A DNA stretch of 64,000 nucleotides from an uncultured delta proteobacterium (GTDB lineage: Bacteria; Myxococcota_A; Polyangia; Polyangiales; Polyangiaceae): positions 320,001-384,000 of the forward strand of contig CAWKKR010000004.1 of NCBI GenBank assembly GCA_963850305.1, written 5' to 3'. The notes beneath the pieces were generated by a model that was given only the letters and a program-made list of their open reading frames with translations, was not told the DNA's origin and did no database searches. Each line of letters starts with the position of its first letter. The stretch's first letter is position 1. The position numbers and the translations under genes were made by a program. Below are positions 20,439 through 29,144 of this stretch, piece by piece.

Positions 20439-22044
20439 CGGCGCTCCCGGTCGGTACGTCCGTGGGAATCGTCATGTCGCCCATGACGAGCGGTGGCGCG
20501 TGGAGGAGCGTCACGTCCAGCGTGCGAGCCTGACCGCCCCTCGCGCGGTAGAGCGCCTCATCCATCGTCGGCGCGGTCTCGTAACCGAGCAGCTTCGGAA
20601 TGTACTCGTTGTCCGCCCCGACGACGATCACCCGGCCGAGATGCTGGCGGCCTGCCTCGCCCCAGTACCACATGAAAAAGGGGTGCGAAGGGTGGTAGGC
20701 GTGCCCCGTCCTGTACATCTGCAGGAAGGCCGGGTTCTCGGCAAACTTGGCCTCGTAGCGCCTGTGCAGCTCGAGCGCGTCGCGCGTCTCCGGGAGCAGC
20801 CGATGCACGAAGTCCACGTACGGCGCGTGTTGCTCGTGGTCGAATTTGTCGGTGCAGGGATGCGTGATGATGAGCGTCCCGCCTTTTTTCACGAGCGGCG
20901 CGCCCCGGTACAGATTGAAGAGGTACCCCTGCGCCAGCACCTGCACGAGGAGCGGATTCAGGAACGCGTGCACGTTGTACGGCGAGATGTACGGGATGCC
21001 CGTCACCAGCACGTCGGCTTGCCCCGTGATGGGCACGAGATACTGCTCGAACACGCGGTCGATCGTCTTCTCGTGAACCGCCTCGGTCTCGCCAGCGTTC
21101 ACGCCGGTGACGCCGAACGGCGACGGCACGCGCGAGAAGATCGCCTGGCGCGCCGGCTGCGGGAGCCGCGCCGTCGTCGCGACGAGTGCTTTCAGGAGCC
21201 CCCACTCGCGATTGTCCAGATCGTCTTCGTTCTTGGCGAGAAACTCGAGCGGACGATCGAACATGCGATTGTTGATCGTGGTCTCGATGGTGAAAACATT
21301 GAGCGCGGCGTTCGCAACTCGTCCCATGCGCTGGATGCTGGTCGCCAGCGCCGACTTCTTCGGGTCCATGTAGCTGTGGCACTCGCGCATCGTCTTCGGG
21401 TTGTGATGCGCGCGCAGGCTCTTGTACCCGCAGAGCCCGACCGCGACGGATTTGTGTCCGCCGTTCATCGGCACGAAATTCAGGTTCACGTAAATGACGA
21501 GGTCGCTCTCGACGGCACGGCGGTTGAGCTCCACCACTTCCCCGAGTTCGGTCGTCCCGATCTCCACCATGTTCGCCGCGTCCTCGGCGTCGTGGTTGTA
21601 GAGCCGGTCCGGGTAGTACTCGCCGAAGATCCGATCGCCCACCATGTGGCGGATCTCGTACGCCTTCATGCGCCGGTGCACGCTCGTCGCGATGATCATC
21701 TCGACGTCTTCGACCCCGTGGTTCGCGAGTAATTCGAGCACCACGTTTAGGACGCGCTCGCGAATGTCCGGTCGTTTCATCGGCGGAAGCGGCAGCGCGA
21801 TGTTGTCGAGCGCGATCGTCACCTTCATTCCCGGACGGAGGCGCGAGTAGAGCGGATCGGAGCCGAGCGGGTGATTGATCGCGTAACGGATCGCCGCGTC
21901 GACATTCTTGAGCGGCGCGAGCGGCGCTTTCGGATAGATGCAGCGCGTGCCGGCGGGAAGATCGACCTCCACGAGGCGGTCGCCTGCGAAGATGACCCGC
22001 GGCCGGCTATTTCGTTCGAGCGTGACGACGCACGGGTGGTTCAT
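20431..22044 (-). CDS. elbC: Lactate-racemase-like (DUF2088/LarA N-terminal) protein, ElbC-like
   Basis: AINHPLGSDPL, IATSVHRRM, YNHDAED, LNRRAVESD, NGGHKS; overlaps the elbD start. Confidence 0.72.
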   Translation of the reverse strand: MNHPCVVTLERNSRPRVIFAGDRLVEVDLPAGTRCIYPKAPLAPLKNVDAAIRYAINHPLGSDPLYSRLRPGMKVTIALDNIALPLPPMKRPDIRERVLNVVLELLANHGVEDVEMIIATSVHRRMKAYEIRHMVGDRIFGEYYPDRLYNHDAEDAANMVEIGTTELGEVVELNRRAVESDLVIYVNLNFVPMNGGHKSVAVGLCGYKSLRAHHNPKTMRECHSYMDPKKSALATSIQRMGRVANAALNVFTIETTINNRMFDRPLEFLAKNEDDLDNREWGLLKALVATTARLPQPARQAIFSRVPSPFGVTGVNAGETEAVHEKTIDRVFEQYLVPITGQADVLVTGIPYISPYNVHAFLNPLLVQVLAQGYLFNLYRGAPLVKKGGTLIITHPCTDKFDHEQHAPYVDFVHRLLPETRDALELHRRYEAKFAENPAFLQMYRTGHAYHPSHPFFMWYWGEAGRQHLGRVIVVGADNEYIPKLLGYETAPTMDEALYRARGGQARTLDVTLLHAPPLVMGDMTIPTDVPTGSAGD

Positions 22045-22047
22045 GAT

Positions 22048-22713
22048 TCAGGAAGCCTTCAGCTCGAACGTGGGCCAGGCGTACGCCTTGGCGAGGATTT
22101 TCAATCTCTTGTCGGGGTTCACGGCGGCGGGATGACCGACGACGCTCAGCATCGGAAGATCCGAATAGCTGTCACTGAACGCAAAACACTCATCCAGGTC
22201 ATGCCCGTTCGCCCGGGCGTGCTCGCGGATGATGCGCGCCTTCTCCGGTCCCGCGATGACCGGCTTCAAGAGCTTTCCGGTGGCGACGCCGTGCTTCATT
22301 TCGAGACGGTTTCCGATCAGTGTAGCGCCGCCGATATGGTCGCCCACGTGACGCAAGATGGGCTCGAGCGTGCCGGAAACGAGAACGATCTCGTGTCCCG
22401 CTGCGCGACTCTTCTCCACCAGATCGAGCGCCGACGCGTACATCGACGGGCGGATGACCTTGTCGAACACCTCGTCCGCGAGGAGGACGAGGCGGTCTTC
22501 GCTCATCCCTTCGTAGGACGCGAAGAGGAGCTCGTTGAAGGTCCTGCGATCGACGAGCTCCGCGGCGACCATCGACGGAGCGCGCACGAGCGCCCGGCCG
22601 AGCTTCCGCAACGTCTGCACGGGAGTCGCCTGGTTCAGCATGTAAAAGACCGTCGGGTGCACGAGATTCGTGGACACGAGAGTCCCGTCGACATCGAAAT
22701 AGCTAGCCGCCAC
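22048..22713 (-). CDS. elbB: HAD-IB phosphatase, ElbB-like
   Basis: FDVDGTL, LVSGT, FSDSYSDLPML, AVNPD HAD motifs; first gene of the operon. Confidence 0.75.
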   Translation of the reverse strand: MAASYFDVDGTLVSTNLVHPTVFYMLNQATPVQTLRKLGRALVRAPSMVAAELVDRRTFNELLFASYEGMSEDRLVLLADEVFDKVIRPSMYASALDLVEKSRAAGHEIVLVSGTLEPILRHVGDHIGGATLIGNRLEMKHGVATGKLLKPVIAGPEKARIIREHARANGHDLDECFAFSDSYSDLPMLSVVGHPAAVNPDKRLKILAKAYAWPTFELKAS

Positions 22714-22804
22714 GCGCCTTTGGGTCCCCTACGGTGGGAGATGATTGAGGTGCCGGGAGTGTCACACGAAAGGCTGAAATCCGGGGAACCTCAAGAAAAT
22801 CCGT

Positions 22805-23773
22805 TCACATCTCCAGCAGATACGCCGCAACGAGCGGGAACACGATGGTCGCGTCCGACTCGATGACATAGCTCGGACTCGTCACGTCCAGCTTCCCCCA
22901 GGTGATCTTCTCGTTCGGGATGGCGCCGCTGTAGGAGCCGTAGGACGTGGTGGAATCGGAGATCTGGCAGAAGTAGCCCCACTTCCGGATGGGGGTCTCG
23001 AGGTCCTGCTCGATGAGAGGCACGACGCAGATGGGGAAGTCCCCGGAGATGCCGCCGCCGATCTGGAAAAAGCCGATCGACGACTTGGCCGCGTTCTCCT
23101 GATACCAGCCGATGAGCGACGCCATCTGCTCGAGGCCGCTCTTCATCACGCCGAAGCTGCCCACCTTCTTCTTGATGACGTTCGACACGAACATGTTGCC
23201 GAGCGTCGAGTCTTCCCAGCCCGGCACCCAGAGCGGCAGGTTCTTCTCCGCGGCGGCGAGGAGCCAGGAGTCCTTTGGATCGATCTGGTACTCGGGCTCG
23301 AGGGCCTTGCTCCGGATGAGACGATAGAAGAACTCGGGGGGCGTCAGCCGCTCGCCGGCCTTGTCCGCCGCAGCCCAGAGGTCGATGAACTTGCGCTCGA
23401 TCTTGCGCATCGCCTCTTCTTCGGGGATGCACGTGTCCGTCACTCGATTCAGATGGCGCTCGAGGAGCGCCTGCTCGTCCGTGGGCGACAGGTCACGGTA
23501 GCGCGGGAGGCGGACGTAGTGATCGTGCGCGACGAGATTGAAGATGTCCTCTTCCAGATTCGCGCCGGTCACGGTCATCGCGTGAATGAACCCTTTGCGG
23601 ATGAGCTCCGAAAGGACGATGCCGAGCTCGGCCGTGCTCATCGCACCGCCCATCGTGAGCATCATCTTGCCCCCGCCCTCGAGATGCTTCTTCCAGCCCT
23701 CCGCGGCGTCGACGACGACGGCCGCATTGAAGTGCCGGAAGTGCTTCTGGATGAACTTCTTGACCGTGCTCAT
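22805..23773 (-). CDS. Deoxyhypusine synthase-like protein (bacterial DHS family)
   Basis: GGAMSTAELG, TGANLEEDIF, NRVTDTCIPEEEA, IGGGISGDF, SYSGAIPNEKITWGK, IESDAT. Confidence 0.88.
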   Translation of the reverse strand: MSTVKKFIQKHFRHFNAAVVVDAAEGWKKHLEGGGKMMLTMGGAMSTAELGIVLSELIRKGFIHAMTVTGANLEEDIFNLVAHDHYVRLPRYRDLSPTDEQALLERHLNRVTDTCIPEEEAMRKIERKFIDLWAAADKAGERLTPPEFFYRLIRSKALEPEYQIDPKDSWLLAAAEKNLPLWVPGWEDSTLGNMFVSNVIKKKVGSFGVMKSGLEQMASLIGWYQENAAKSSIGFFQIGGGISGDFPICVVPLIEQDLETPIRKWGYFCQISDSTTSYGSYSGAIPNEKITWGKLDVTSPSYVIESDATIVFPLVAAYLLEM

Positions 23774-23813
23774 ATGCCCTGACGCTCTCGAAGAGTAGTG
23801 TTACGGGAGCCCA

Positions 23814-24743
23814 ATGGCACGGCTCCGCGCCTGGGTCCAGGCATCTCGGCCCCACGCCCAGGCATTGGTCGCGGTTCCGTTGATTTACGGCCAGGCCCTC
23901 GCGTACCGAAGAACGGGCGAGTTCAGCTGGAAGCTGTGTGTCCTCGTACACTTGTTCGGTTTCTTCGACCTGCTCTTGGTCGTCTTCACGAACGATCTCG
24001 CGGACACCGCAAGCGATGCGCGGAACACGACGTTCAATCGCTGGTCGGGCGGGTCGCGGGTCGTGCCGGAGGGGAAGCTCACGATGCTCGATCTGGCGCG
24101 CGCCGCGACGCTCGCCTTCATCGGAATGAGCGCGGTCGCAGCTGACCTGGTCTTTCGCGAACGCCGGGCGTGGATGGTCGTCATGGCGGCCATGGGCGCG
24201 CACATGCTCTGGATCTACTGCTTCCCGCCGTTTCGACTCTCGTACCGCGGCGGGGGCGGGTTCGTCCAGGGCGCGTGGCTCGGCCTGCTCTTACCCGTGT
24301 GCGCCTATTACGCCCAGGCCGGTACCCTCGTCGGACTCTCGCCCGCCACGTTCCTGCCCGCGTTCGTTCTCGGTTACGCGAGCCACGTGACGCTGGCTCT
24401 GGCGGACGCGCCATCCGACGCAGCGACGGACAAGCGCTCTCTCGCCGTGAGGCGAGGTGAACCCGCTGCCCGGCGCGTGGCGCTGATGGCCATCGCCCTT
24501 TCGGCACTGGCAACTCCGCTTGCCGCTCCCGGCGTACCGGTGCTGGGATGGGTCCTCGTGACCGCCGTCGCGGCCGTCACCCTCCGGCCGAACGTATCGC
24601 TGCTCGCCACGGCGGATTCCACGGACCGCGTCCGTTGCGCCCGGTTCGTCACGACGAATCTCCGTGCGATCGCCGCGCTCGTCATCGGGTGGAGCGTCGT
24701 GCTCGTCGCATCGAAAGTCGGTGCACCTCGGATCCTCTGGTGA
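23814..24743 (+). CDS. UbiA-family prenyltransferase, MenA-like
   Basis: ASRP, NDLAD...SGGSRV, DAPSDAATDKRSLAVRRG and multiple TM helices. Confidence 0.75.
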   Translation: MARLRAWVQASRPHAQALVAVPLIYGQALAYRRTGEFSWKLCVLVHLFGFFDLLLVVFTNDLADTASDARNTTFNRWSGGSRVVPEGKLTMLDLARAATLAFIGMSAVAADLVFRERRAWMVVMAAMGAHMLWIYCFPPFRLSYRGGGGFVQGAWLGLLLPVCAYYAQAGTLVGLSPATFLPAFVLGYASHVTLALADAPSDAATDKRSLAVRRGEPAARRVALMAIALSALATPLAAPGVPVLGWVLVTAVAAVTLRPNVSLLATADSTDRVRCARFVTTNLRAIAALVIGWSVVLVASKVGAPRILW

Positions 24744-24839
24744 CGGGTCGCGCGGTCCATTGCGATGCCGACCCCAAGGAGAGGAGCAAGGAGCGGAGGC
24801 CTCCGGAACCACCGGGTTCCCGATACCCGAGCCCGCCCG

Positions 24840-25046
24840 TGACATCTTCAGTTTACACCCCTGATTGGAGGTCGGGCCGGGCGAGGTGGCGGGAGCGGCA
24901 TCGGGACAGGGAGAAGAGGGGATCGGACGGGGGAGCGGGTAGGGAGCGCAAATTCGCGAGGAGGTTGGGTTTGGGTCGCCCCGCCGGCGGCAAGCCCGCC
25001 CTGGATCCCGGTGGCCGCCCGCCGACCAAGACTGACATCTTCAGTT
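24840..25046. repeat. 14-bp direct repeat TGACATCTTCAGTT (24840-24853 and 25033-25046) around a G-rich segment
   Basis: Exact match read directly from the sequence. Confidence 0.8.
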
Positions 25047-25092
25047 GACAGAATAGTAGACGTCGTGGTCTCTCTTTACGTTGGAGGTTTCG

Positions 25093-25725
25093 GTGAAAAT
25101 CATCAACGTGGGCGGGGCTCTGGTTGCTTGCGGGATCATGATGATGGGGCGCAATGCGTCGGCGGCGCCGCAGACCCACGACGGTCTGCAGTTTCGCGGG
25201 GCAGCGGGGTTCGGGTATCTCTCCGATTCGGAATCGGCGTCCGGAGAGTCGGCGTCGGTCCACGGACCCGCAGGCGCCTTCGAGGTGTTCGTGGGCGGGA
25301 CCCCGGTGCCGGGCCTGGCCATCGGCGGCTTCATCAGCGCCGTGGCGGCGACCAGCCCCACGGTTTCGCTCACGCTTGATGGTCAAGAGTACTCCGCTTC
25401 GAACAGCAACTCGACCCTCAACTTCGTCACCATTGGGCCTTACGTGGATTACTACCCTGATCCCACCTCGGGCCTCCACGTGCTCGGCGCACTCGGATTT
25501 GCGGAGCTTGACGTCAGCGATGGCGACGGCAACACGTCGACCAATTCGGCAACGGGTTTCAGCCTCGGCGCGGGCGTCGGCTACGACTGGTGGGTTTCGG
25601 ACGAATGGAGCCTGGGAGTCCTCGCGCGGCTCACCTACGGATCCATGAAGCTGACGATCGACGGCGTGAGCTTCTCGGAGCACGCGGTCGCGCCGACGGT
25701 GGCATTCTCCTTCGCGTACAACTGA
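25093..25725 (+). CDS. Outer-membrane beta-barrel protein
   Basis: GGAGG RBS before GTG; signal peptide; alternating beta strands (GAGVGYDWWVSDEWSLGVLARLTY); terminal FAYN. Confidence 0.75.
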   Translation: MKIINVGGALVACGIMMMGRNASAAPQTHDGLQFRGAAGFGYLSDSESASGESASVHGPAGAFEVFVGGTPVPGLAIGGFISAVAATSPTVSLTLDGQEYSASNSNSTLNFVTIGPYVDYYPDPTSGLHVLGALGFAELDVSDGDGNTSTNSATGFSLGAGVGYDWWVSDEWSLGVLARLTYGSMKLTIDGVSFSEHAVAPTVAFSFAYN

Positions 25726-25791
25726 CCACGGCAGACCGCGGATCTCGCGTAGCGACAGTCGGGCCCACGCCGAGCAAGGGCCTGCTCGAGC

Positions 25792-26655
25792 TCAAGCCAG
25801 CCGGTCGAGGGCGCGCTCGACGGCGCCGACGTACGAGCCGCCGAACAGGTTCACGTGAACCATCAGCGGATAGAGCTGGTAGAGCGTGACGCGTTCCTCG
25901 TGCCCCGGCGCGAGGGGATACGCTTCCTCGTAAGCGTCGAACGTGCGCTCGCCGAAGCCGCCGAAGAGTCGCATCATGGCGAGATCGACTTCACGGTGAC
26001 CACCGTAGACCGCAGGGTCGACGAGACAGGGTTCACCGCGATCGTCGATGTGGAGATTGCCGCCCCACAGGTCGCCGTGCAGCCGTGCGGGGGGCTCCGG
26101 GAGTCCAACGCGTTCGTCCAGGGCCGCGAAGAGTCGATCGAACCCCGCACGCATACGGGGAGATGCAGCGCCGGAGTCCACCGCTCGACGGAGCTCCGCC
26201 GAGAGGCGCCTCTCGCGATAGAAATCGCTCCAGCGCGGGAGCGGCCCGTTCGCTTGTGGCAACCGTCCAATGAAGTTGTCGGATGTGAAGCCGAACGCAG
26301 GTGCCCCGTGACGATGCAGCGCGGCCAGGCCGCGTCCGAGCCGCTCATCGAAGTCCGTAACGCGGGGACCAGGGTGGAGATATTCGAGCACGAGATACGC
26401 CACGGGGCCTGCGCCTGACGATGCGATCACCTCGGGGACGCGCAGGGCGTGTGCCTCGGCGAGCCAGGCGAGACCGCGGGCTTCCTCGGCGAACATCGCG
26501 GGCGGCGCGTGCCCGTTCGCCTTGACGAACACGACGCGCCCCGTGGCAAGCTCGACGCGGAAAGCATCGTTGATATCACCGCCGGAAAGGGGCGTCGCTC
26601 GTGTCACGCCTGCCCCGAGCGCGGCTTCGAGCTCGCGCCGGAGCGCGGCGTTCAT
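25792..26655 (-). CDS. Fructosamine kinase family protein
   Basis: LSGGDINDAF, FVKAN, DNFIGRLPQ, LHGDLWGGN, DPAVYGGHREVDLAM. Confidence 0.9.
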   Translation of the reverse strand: MNAALRRELEAALGAGVTRATPLSGGDINDAFRVELATGRVVFVKANGHAPPAMFAEEARGLAWLAEAHALRVPEVIASSGAGPVAYLVLEYLHPGPRVTDFDERLGRGLAALHRHGAPAFGFTSDNFIGRLPQANGPLPRWSDFYRERRLSAELRRAVDSGAASPRMRAGFDRLFAALDERVGLPEPPARLHGDLWGGNLHIDDRGEPCLVDPAVYGGHREVDLAMMRLFGGFGERTFDAYEEAYPLAPGHEERVTLYQLYPLMVHVNLFGGSYVGAVERALDRLA

Positions 26656-27128
26656 CGGAGCCCGTGAGCGTCGCGGATGTGCATGAGCAACCGATTGCAC
26701 CCCGCGACGCAGATGTCGATCACATCGTCGAAGCCGTCCGTGTAGTACGGGTCCGGAACGCTCGCGCCGGGAGGCGATGCAGGGTCGAACGAGCGGAACA
26801 GGTGGATCTTCTTCCGTGCCGCCTCGCTCGGCGAGAGTGCGACGAGATTGTCGAAGTTCGCTCGGTCCATCGCGAGCACGTAGTCGAACTCCTCGAAGTC
26901 TCCCTTCGAGAACTGTCGTGCGCGCCCTTCGAGCCAAAAGCCGCGACGGGCGCCCGCCGCCACGGAGCGCGAGTCGCGAGGATGCCCGGCGTGCCAGTCC
27001 CCGGTGCCAGCGCTCTCGATCTCGATGTGCGCCGACAGACCGCTCTCCTCGACCAGGGCACGCATGACGGCCTCTGCCGTGGGCGAACGGCAGATATTCC
27101 CGAGACAGACGAAGCAAATCCGCACCAT
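26652..27128 (-). CDS. Low-molecular-weight protein-tyrosine phosphatase
   Basis: VCLGNICRSPTAE, SAGT, VPDPYY. Confidence 0.93.
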   Translation of the reverse strand: MVRICFVCLGNICRSPTAEAVMRALVEESGLSAHIEIESAGTGDWHAGHPRDSRSVAAGARRGFWLEGRARQFSKGDFEEFDYVLAMDRANFDNLVALSPSEAARKKIHLFRSFDPASPPGASVPDPYYTDGFDDVIDICVAGCNRLLMHIRDAHGLR

Positions 27129-27147
27129 CAAAAACTCTGCCTCTCGC

Positions 27148-28161
27148 TCAGGCTCCTCTGGCCCGAGCCCGGAACTCGGTCGGCGCGATGCCCGTCCAGC
27201 GGCGGAAAGCGCGGTGAAACGCGGTCACGTTGGAGAAGCCCAGCAGCAGTGCGATCTCGCTCACGGCCGGCGTCGTTTCGCGGAGGTGTCGCTCGGCGAG
27301 CTTGCGGCGCAGATCATCCACGATGTCGGCAAAGCTCGTCCCTTCCACCTCGAGTCGGCGCCGGAGCGTCGCGACGCTCATGCCGAGCTTGCGCGCGGTC
27401 GACACCATGTTCACATCGCCCGTTGCGAGCCGCGACGCGATCGTGTCGCGCACGCGGCCGGTGATGCCGTCCCCTTCGCGCAGTCTGTCGAGGAGTTGCT
27501 GTGCGTGGAGCTCGAACGCGGCGCCAATGCGGGGATTCGCGCGAAGCATGGGGGCGGATAGGCGGGAGCGCTGCACGATGAGCGCGTTGCACGGCGCGCC
27601 GAAACGAACCTGAGCCTGGAAGATCCGCTCGTACTCCGCGGCGTAAGAGGGGCGGGCGTGCATCACGCGCACCTCGATCGGCGGCTCGTACACGGTGTTC
27701 CGCTTGGAGAACGCGACGGCGGCGGCGAGCATGAAGTCGTTGAGCGCGGGGGGCGATGGCTCGTCGTCGGCGAGCCGAAAGCAGAGCGCGGCGTTCGGGC
27801 CGTCGTCGGCGAGCGAGATCTCCGCGGCGTCGTTGAGCAGACGGAAGTAGCGCGCCATGACGGCGATCGCTTCGCGCAGGTTCGCGGCGCTCCGCGCCAC
27901 GTACTCGAGGACGTCGAAGTCGCCGGGCTCGATCTGCTCGCCCGCATGGAGCCCGAGCGCCTGGTCGCCCGTAATCTTCACGCTGTTCTCGAGCATGCGC
28001 ATCGCGAGCCGATACGGGAATCGCGTGTCCGGGTTCGCAAAAGCGGACGCGGGAACACCCATGCGCGCGAGCATGCCGATGGTCTCCGCCGAGGTCGCCG
28101 TGATCCGCGCAAACGGCCACACCAGACGAATGGAGATTTCCTTTTCTCGCTCTCGAGACAT
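27148..28161 (-). CDS. AraC-family transcriptional regulator
   Basis: N-terminal ligand domain; C-terminal HTH LGMSVATLRRRL...IALLLGFSNVTAFHRAFRRWTG. Confidence 0.9.
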   Translation of the reverse strand: MSREREKEISIRLVWPFARITATSAETIGMLARMGVPASAFANPDTRFPYRLAMRMLENSVKITGDQALGLHAGEQIEPGDFDVLEYVARSAANLREAIAVMARYFRLLNDAAEISLADDGPNAALCFRLADDEPSPPALNDFMLAAAVAFSKRNTVYEPPIEVRVMHARPSYAAEYERIFQAQVRFGAPCNALIVQRSRLSAPMLRANPRIGAAFELHAQQLLDRLREGDGITGRVRDTIASRLATGDVNMVSTARKLGMSVATLRRRLEVEGTSFADIVDDLRRKLAERHLRETTPAVSEIALLLGFSNVTAFHRAFRRWTGIAPTEFRARARGA

Positions 28162-28289
28162 GACCAAACCGGCAATCCGTTCCGCCCCGCAATGTAACAC
28201 TGCGATATCCAGCGTTCTAAGACGCCAGAGGTGGTCGAACCGATTGCTGCACGGACGGCATTTTTTGACAGTAGTATCAGTCGCGAATC

Positions 28290-29078
28290 ATGACTTTGGC
28301 GCGAGACGGGGTTCGTTCGGGAGGTCGCTGGGCGTGGGCCATGTGCGCGATCGTCATCGCGTGCAGCGGCAAGGAGTTCGCCGCGGGCGATCGGAGCGAT
28401 GCCGCTGCTGGAGGCGGATCGAGCGACGCCGCCTCGGGCGGTCTGGGCAATGCGGGGGCGAGCAGCGGCGGAGCGATGGACGCCTCGAGCGACGACGCCG
28501 GGGCCGGCTCCACATCGGCCGCGGGCGGTGCCCTGGGGTCGGGCGGCGCCGCCAGCCGGCTCAGTGACGGGACCCAGATCGCATCCGCGTATGATCAGGC
28601 GTGCACCTTCGACGGCGACTGCAGCGTGGTCACCGAGGGGCCCATCTGCGACTGCGGCGCCTGCCCTAACGCGGCCATCGACACGACCGCCGAGAGTCTC
28701 TGGGCGGCGGATCGAGCGAGCGTGCACTGCCCGGCGTGCGGCCCGTCGGCGCCGTGCCCGCAGAAGCTCGCCGCGTGCGCGAACGGCGCCTGCATCGCAC
28801 GCGTTCCGCTCATCATCGTTGCCAAGGATTACGCCGCGACCTGTCGCGCGGACTCGGACTGCAAGGTGATCCCGACGGGCGAGGTCTGCAGCGCGTGTGC
28901 GTGCAGCGCCGCCGCAGTCAATCTGACGTCGTACGCGACCTACGAGAGCGCCGTCGCAGGTGTCCAATGCAATCCCGGCCCATCTCGGTGCAACTGCGCG
29001 GCACCAGTGAACGCGCATTGCGCGTTCGCGACGGACGCGGGCGCGGCCACGCTGGGCGCGTGCGTTCTCGGCCCATGA
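28290..29078 (+). CDS. Cys-rich lipoprotein with a duplicated domain
   Basis: Lipobox VIAC, G/A/S linker, two copies of Y-x3-C-x2-D-x-DC...G-x2-C...AA(I/V). Confidence 0.72.
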   Translation: MTLARDGVRSGGRWAWAMCAIVIACSGKEFAAGDRSDAAAGGGSSDAASGGLGNAGASSGGAMDASSDDAGAGSTSAAGGALGSGGAASRLSDGTQIASAYDQACTFDGDCSVVTEGPICDCGACPNAAIDTTAESLWAADRASVHCPACGPSAPCPQKLAACANGACIARVPLIIVAKDYAATCRADSDCKVIPTGEVCSACACSAAAVNLTSYATYESAVAGVQCNPGPSRCNCAAPVNAHCAFATDAGAATLGACVLGP

Positions 29079-29144
29079 GCTCGGTACCGGGCATGGCCTC
29101 AGGCGAGGGCGACAAGGAAGCCGGAAGTCGGGAGACTTTTGCCG

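Noticed and set aside
23814..24743. UbiA-family enzyme as the missing ether-bond-forming enzyme of the elb pathway
   Set aside because: Motifs look MenA-like, and the gene is divergent and separated from the operon by the DHS-like gene; only proximity supports the idea
25792..27128. LMW-PTP plus fructosamine kinase pair as a novel system
   Set aside because: A commonly seen gene pair in bacteria; nothing unusual in this copy
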